A stretch of 64,000 bases of DNA, from contig CAJFCJ010000010.1 of the NCBI GenBank assembly GCA_904063045.1, positions 310,001 through 374,000 on the forward strand. The letters run 5' to 3'. The notes beneath the pieces are model-generated. The model saw nothing but the letters and a program-made list of their open reading frames with translations, ran no database searches and was not told where the DNA came from. Position numbers and translations under genes: made by a program. The DNA is from Dimorphilus gyrociliatus (Eukaryota; Animalia; Annelida). Positions within the stretch are counted from its first letter, which is position 1. Each line of letters starts with the position of its first letter. This document shows positions 56,014 through 64,000 of this stretch, in pieces.

Positions 56014-56869
56014 AACTCATACAAAATCAAGGTTTTCAGTTATAAATATTTTTTAAAGTATACATATCTGTATATAAACATAAACAAAGGTTTCTAAATG
56101 TTTTTGTCTTTTTTAGGATATCATACAATTTCAATTAATGAAGCAAATGAATAAATAAAGGCTTTGTTTTAATTACAATAGTTATTTTTACGTGCCACAA
56201 TTACATATATTAATATACACGGTATATAAATTTATATATACATATATATAGGTACAAATGTATATATATATATATGTTGTAGTCTTTTTTTACGATAGGG
56301 GGGGGAAAATTCTAGAATCACGTACAGCACTTAAGTTGTACTTATAGAGGACTTGCTTTCAGAAAATCATTTTCTGACAGATTACTTTTTCTAGATCAGA
56401 TATCCGACAAACAACCCTAAATTGAGTTTGATACTTGTAAAAGATACGTTTAAAGGTAAATATCGGGAGTCGACGAAAGAATGGATAATTAATACGAAGA
56501 TATAAATATTAACTTTGACAATGAAGACATCGCTAAAATATATTTCAATATAAATCATATCTTCCCTAAAGATTATAACCGTTTCTTTTGTTTTATAGCA
56601 TTTCTCTTTTGAAATACATTTTCCTCTCTCCCTCTTATTGTATCTTTTCATTTCTTAGTATATTGATTAATAGAGTAAACAATATTATGTGAAATTAAAA
56701 TGTATATAGTTCATCACTTAATATTTTTTATCTCTAAAATAAGTTTCAAATAATTCGAAACTTACAAGAGTATAACAGTTTTTTCTCATCAAAAAAGCAT
56801 TTTCTTTCTTTTGTAAAGAAAAACAAAATACTCTTCTTCCCTTCTCAAGATTAAGTTAAAGAGGCAACT

Positions 56870-57850
<981 letters not shown>

Positions 57851-58958
57851 TTTGGATAATGTGCGCGGATTTACTTCGAATTTTTAGTTTTCTTTAATAT
57901 TTCTTAGAAAGAATAGTATTTTAATGTAAATATTTTATGGCTTATTGCCAGACGTAATTTTCTTTTTCATTTGATCACATACGAAAGTAGCTATACTAAA
58001 ACTTGACCACGTGACTTCCTTTTTACAAATTCAAGCATGGTCAGAGCACCAAAGGTCTGAATATAGCTATTTTTTCTCAAATGTGTAACATATATCTGTA
58101 TTAAACTTGTATATTTGTCAAAGAAATTTACTATTACTTTTTATGCTTTAGGAGTTTCGTCTTACGTATATGCTGAAAGCAAAATTTCTCCTAAAGTCAT
58201 TGCCGCCATCATGAAAATCGGTCCGTCTAAAAGAACTGTGTATAACTATTTACTTAAAAGGCTTCATTGCCCTTTTTTCAAAGAAGCTTGATATGGTAAG
58301 TTTGCTTACAACTATTAGAGGTACTTTCGATATTTGGAACAAATATCTATCTTGTGAACTATTAGCAATACCAACACCTGCAAACTCAGAACTCATGATG
58401 ATTTAAAAAGTTTAACTCTCATCAAAAGATGCCTGAATAAGAGATATCTTTCAGTCTAGTTCTAGTTGCTTATATTTTCTTATCGACAGAATTGGAATGT
58501 TTAGAAGGATGTTAAAGCAAAATGGCTGCCAAGACTACATACTTAACAATTGTAAGTTAATACTTTAAAATAGCCTTAGTTTAAGTATAGAAATGATGAT
58601 ATGTTTTACCGAACTTTCTGTGGATACACAAACGAATGTAGCGACAGGCTGTCTGACCAATAATATTAATAATAAATTAGAGAGGAAGTGATTTTTATAT
58701 TGCAATACTTTAAGCATTGTTTGTTTTTTAGCTAAGAAATTTGCATCATCCAGTATGTGAGACAACAAGCGTAGAATATGCAGATAGCTTCACGAAAGAA
58801 ATTTATTATAAGAATAAATAAAATTGTTTTGTTTTTCGTTCTCATGCTATATTTACAGTTATATTACAATACTTAAAAGTAGTAAGAATAAAATAATTTA
58901 ACATGAATACCAATTCATTTTAAAAAACCTATAACATATCAGACCTTATCCTAATTTT

Positions 58959-60743
58959 TTAATCATCCGGGTGTATAACGAAGGCTGATAATGCAAAGAT
59001 AATAAAAACAACTCCTCCAATAATCGTAACAGTTCGTATTGATATCTTTTGAGCTATAAATTTTCCACCTAATACAGCTAATCCTGTGCACAAAGAATGA
59101 CCAATACATCCACCTATTATGACTCCAACAACTTCCTGAAAAAATTAAAAGAAATTTAACAGTCATCAACAGTGATCTTAGCAACAAATTCCAATTATAA
59201 AGCTTATCAAATGGTTGAAATCTTATTAAGCAGGTTTACTAACGATTCCAATATTTTGATCTTTCATCTAAATTGTTAAGTGATAAATCACAAATAACAT
59301 ATGAAATACTTGTTTTCAATTTAAAAAAACAAGAAATTACATATACTTCGATGGTAATAATCGATGAAAGGTGCAATTGAAAGAATGATAAATTTATGAA
59401 CTTGTTCTAATGTTACGAAATACGAAAGCTTTTACACTAACAAACAGAATAACTTACTTCTCTGGCAGCAAGTATAATTGTTGCTAATTGCGACCGATCT
59501 CCCCATTCAGCGAGGAATGTAAGAGTTAAAGCCTAAAGCGAAAAATAATTGTAATTTATATAATATTAAATATTTTATAAAGACAAACCTGTAAAAATAT
59601 TCTAGAAAAACATTTATGAAATATATTTCGTTTTGGAGATCTAATGATACCAGTTTCGAGGTCCATTGAGCTTTCAGTCTGCCAAGACATAATTATTAAT
59701 CATAATAAATAACAAAAAAACTTGCAAAGTACCTCTTCTTCTTCCTTCTTCTTAAGTTCACCTTGAACTTCTTCATATTCTTCTTGACCTTCATCATTTG
59801 ACATATAATATCCTGAAAAATCATTTTTGAAAGGCTTTATTAAGTTGTTTTCCATATTCTTATACAATTAAGAATTATATTTCCTTGGAAAATTACATGG
59901 TTTTATATTATATGATATGATAATCTACCTTCTCTTAACATTTTTAAACCAAACACAGCGAAGAGCAATGATGAGACATAGTATGTTAACCACCGAGGTA
60001 TAACAGTAGTGGCGAATCCGAGAAAGGCTGATAGAACAGTCATTAATCCTAAGGCACCCATTGCACCTACGAAAACAGTTAGTCTGGAATGTCTCATAGC
60101 CATAATGGCTGCTATAAAAAATGTTTTGTCCCCCAATTCAGAAACAATAATCACACTCAAGGAAGCTACGAAGGCATGAATAAATCCAAGATCAATTTTC
60201 GTTTGCTCCAGAAGGTGTCCATGATGTGCTGAGTCGGCAACGTCCTGTAGAAATTAATGATTCACATTTAGCTTTTCCTGGTTTTAAATACCGTATCTAA
60301 TATATAAACTATAAAATTAAGATAAATTGAACACGTATGAAGCATATGTTCGAAACTCAGACGATAAACTAGCTACAACCCCTCTTAGTACTAATAAGAA
60401 AAAAATTAGTCGTCTTTTTTATATCTTGAAATATCTAGACTAAAACAGGAATAATGCTTATAATTATAATGTAACATCCTGAGATATTTATGAACGTATT
60501 GTGAAAGTAAAGTAATTCAAGCAGCAATTACCAAACGAAAATAAAAGAGTGAAGAGAATTCTAGGTTTTAGATAGAATATCTGCACCCTGACTTTAAATG
60601 GACAAAATTATATATGGCTAAAAGTATTTAAGATTTTTAACACTTACTGTTTCCGTTGCTTGACTGTTTATAGCAGTTGATACTAAGACTGGTAAACTAG
60701 ACAAAATCGCTAGAAATGAAGTAACTGCAGTGACTGATTTCAT
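58959..60743 (-). CDS. TMEM165: GDT1/UPF0016 family Golgi Ca2+/Mn2+/H+ antiporter TMEM165, 277 aa
   Basis: Exons 60743-60648, 60244-59929, 59812-59733, 59678-59589, 59532-59458 and 59135-58959 (834 nt). Both signature motifs are present: SELGDKTFF and FLAEWGDRSQLATI. Confidence 0.96.
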
Positions 60744-60878
60744 CTTGATATATTTTTTATTTATTGGTATCTATAGATCGTATTATTAACGAGTTTTAAC
60801 CAGACTTTAGTCTTTCAAGGTGTCTTGGTGTTAGTAAAAATATAAAAGACACCTAAAACTCATTAGTTTGTTGTACCA

Positions 60879-60891
60879 GCCGCCATTTTGG
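60879..60891 (-). promoter_or_regulatory. YY1 site GCCGCCATTTTGG in the TMEM165 promoter, next to CACGTG at 60901
   Basis: Exact CCGCCATTTT match about 140 nt upstream of the TMEM165 ATG. Confidence 0.55.
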
Positions 60892-61459
60892 CTTTGAACG
60901 CACGTGGAATTCTAAATCCCAACCTTCATCCGTTTGAAAACTTAAAAAAATTCTTTAAAATACTAGAAAGAAAACCGATCAGTAGCATTTGTTAACCTTT
61001 CATGTTTGTAAATAATGCTTATAGAATATTATAGGAATAGTATTTTAAAATGATTTTCATTATCAATTTTAAAATGAATTATTCTTGTCAAAGATGTATT
61101 AAAAAGATTAGTCTGGTTTCTATCCCCGTCCTAAAAATAGCTCATTATTTGCGAGGCGAACACTGTCTGCCTTTGTGATTCACCGCGCCGATTTATGAAT
61201 ACTTTTAGGGCGTTTATTCACTGAAATGTCAAACATAACAAATGGTTGGGATTTGCGTCGTAGGAAAGTTATGCTTTGAACAAAAGTAAACAAGTTATAA
61301 CTCTGGTCGAAAACCATGACATGTTTCATTGTACTTTTGAAAGTGTTTTGCATCGAGGTAAACGTTTTGTACATCTATTTGTTCATGTTAAATTTCACTA
61401 TCCTAGGGTAAAATTATAATAGCTAATTTCCATTAATTCACAGCAAGTTAGCATAGAAT

Positions 61460-63422
<1,963 letters not shown>

Positions 63423-64000
63423 TTCTTTCTAATCAGTCTAGAAGAATCTAAAATCTGTTGGAAAGAAAGAATTGATATAATATATTGAAACTATTAATAA
63501 AATAGAACGTATTATTAAATATTGATGTATTTATATTTATTAATATATATATAATATGTATATACAAGTCTGAAGTAAGAAAATGAAATTTCTCACAGTC
63601 GGTCTGTTCCACTTAGAGAAATAAATTAGGCCAGATTTTTATAGTAAAGGAGTGCAGGCAGAATGAAATATACCTTCACATGTCTATTGTCGTGAAAGAC
63701 CACAACATGTAAATGAGAATATTAACGATACAACTAATACTGTATACTGTACATGAGTGATAGACATAAAGATCTAACAAAAAAAGCTGAAAGCTATCTT
63801 ATTACTCTTTCGATAGTCTCCTTGAATTTGTTCTAGTTTAGCACTAAATTCTATGTCTTAGTTTAAATTCTATTAAATTGCAGTTTGATTGCTCTACAAA
63901 TTCAAATACGTAGGAATATTTATATAATCCAATATTCACTACGTGGGTGTAGTTACAGTACAAGCTTTCTATTCCCTTTGACTGCTTTAACACACTTTTC

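Noticed and set aside
58152-58295. In-frame TGA in an otherwise open exon frame, suggesting a selenoprotein
   Set aside because: No redox motif around the TGA, no downstream exon continues the frame, and I recognised no SECIS.
58493-58514. miR-1-like sequence TGGAATGTTTAGAAGGATGTTA (seed plus partial 3' match)
   Set aside because: The upstream sequence cannot form a convincing complementary 5' arm, so there is no pre-miRNA hairpin.
61170-61190. 10-nt match to part of miR-124 (CGCGGTGAAT, minus strand)
   Set aside because: The seed differs and there is no hairpin.

Overview
AT-rich (roughly 28-30% GC by eye) eukaryotic genomic DNA from an invertebrate with a compact, intron-rich genome. Most introns are 50-160 nt GT-AG. 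The gene set and intron sizes fit a small-genome spiralian such as the annelid Dimorphilus, but the sequence alone cannot confirm the species. I assembled exon chains by hand, checking splice phase. Genes in order: a one-PDZ Discs large (dlg1, +); an 11.5 kb stretch with no assignable CDS; a C2 + RhoGEF(DH)-like gene resembling a trimmed PsGEF (+); four-jointed kinase (-); a Zasp/ALP-type PDZ protein without LIM domains (+); an intronless 2989-aa NLR with about 75 strictly alternating ribonuclease-inhibitor-type LRRs (-); an unrecognised signal-peptide protein with two Cys-rich modules ending in NDEL (-); PAN3 (-), whose third intron holds a complete antisense 3xTSP1 + PAN/apple secreted-protein gene (+); a C2H2 zinc-finger gene and downstream orphan exons (+); CHIC1/2 (-); TMEM165 (-); and mitochondrial threonine dehydrogenase TDH (-). 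I saw no rRNA, tRNA, CRISPR array or recognisable transposon. The most unusual items are the giant NLR, the putative ER-retained Cys-rich protein (missed by the ORF track), the nested TSP1-PAN gene and a hidden PAN3 alternative exon.
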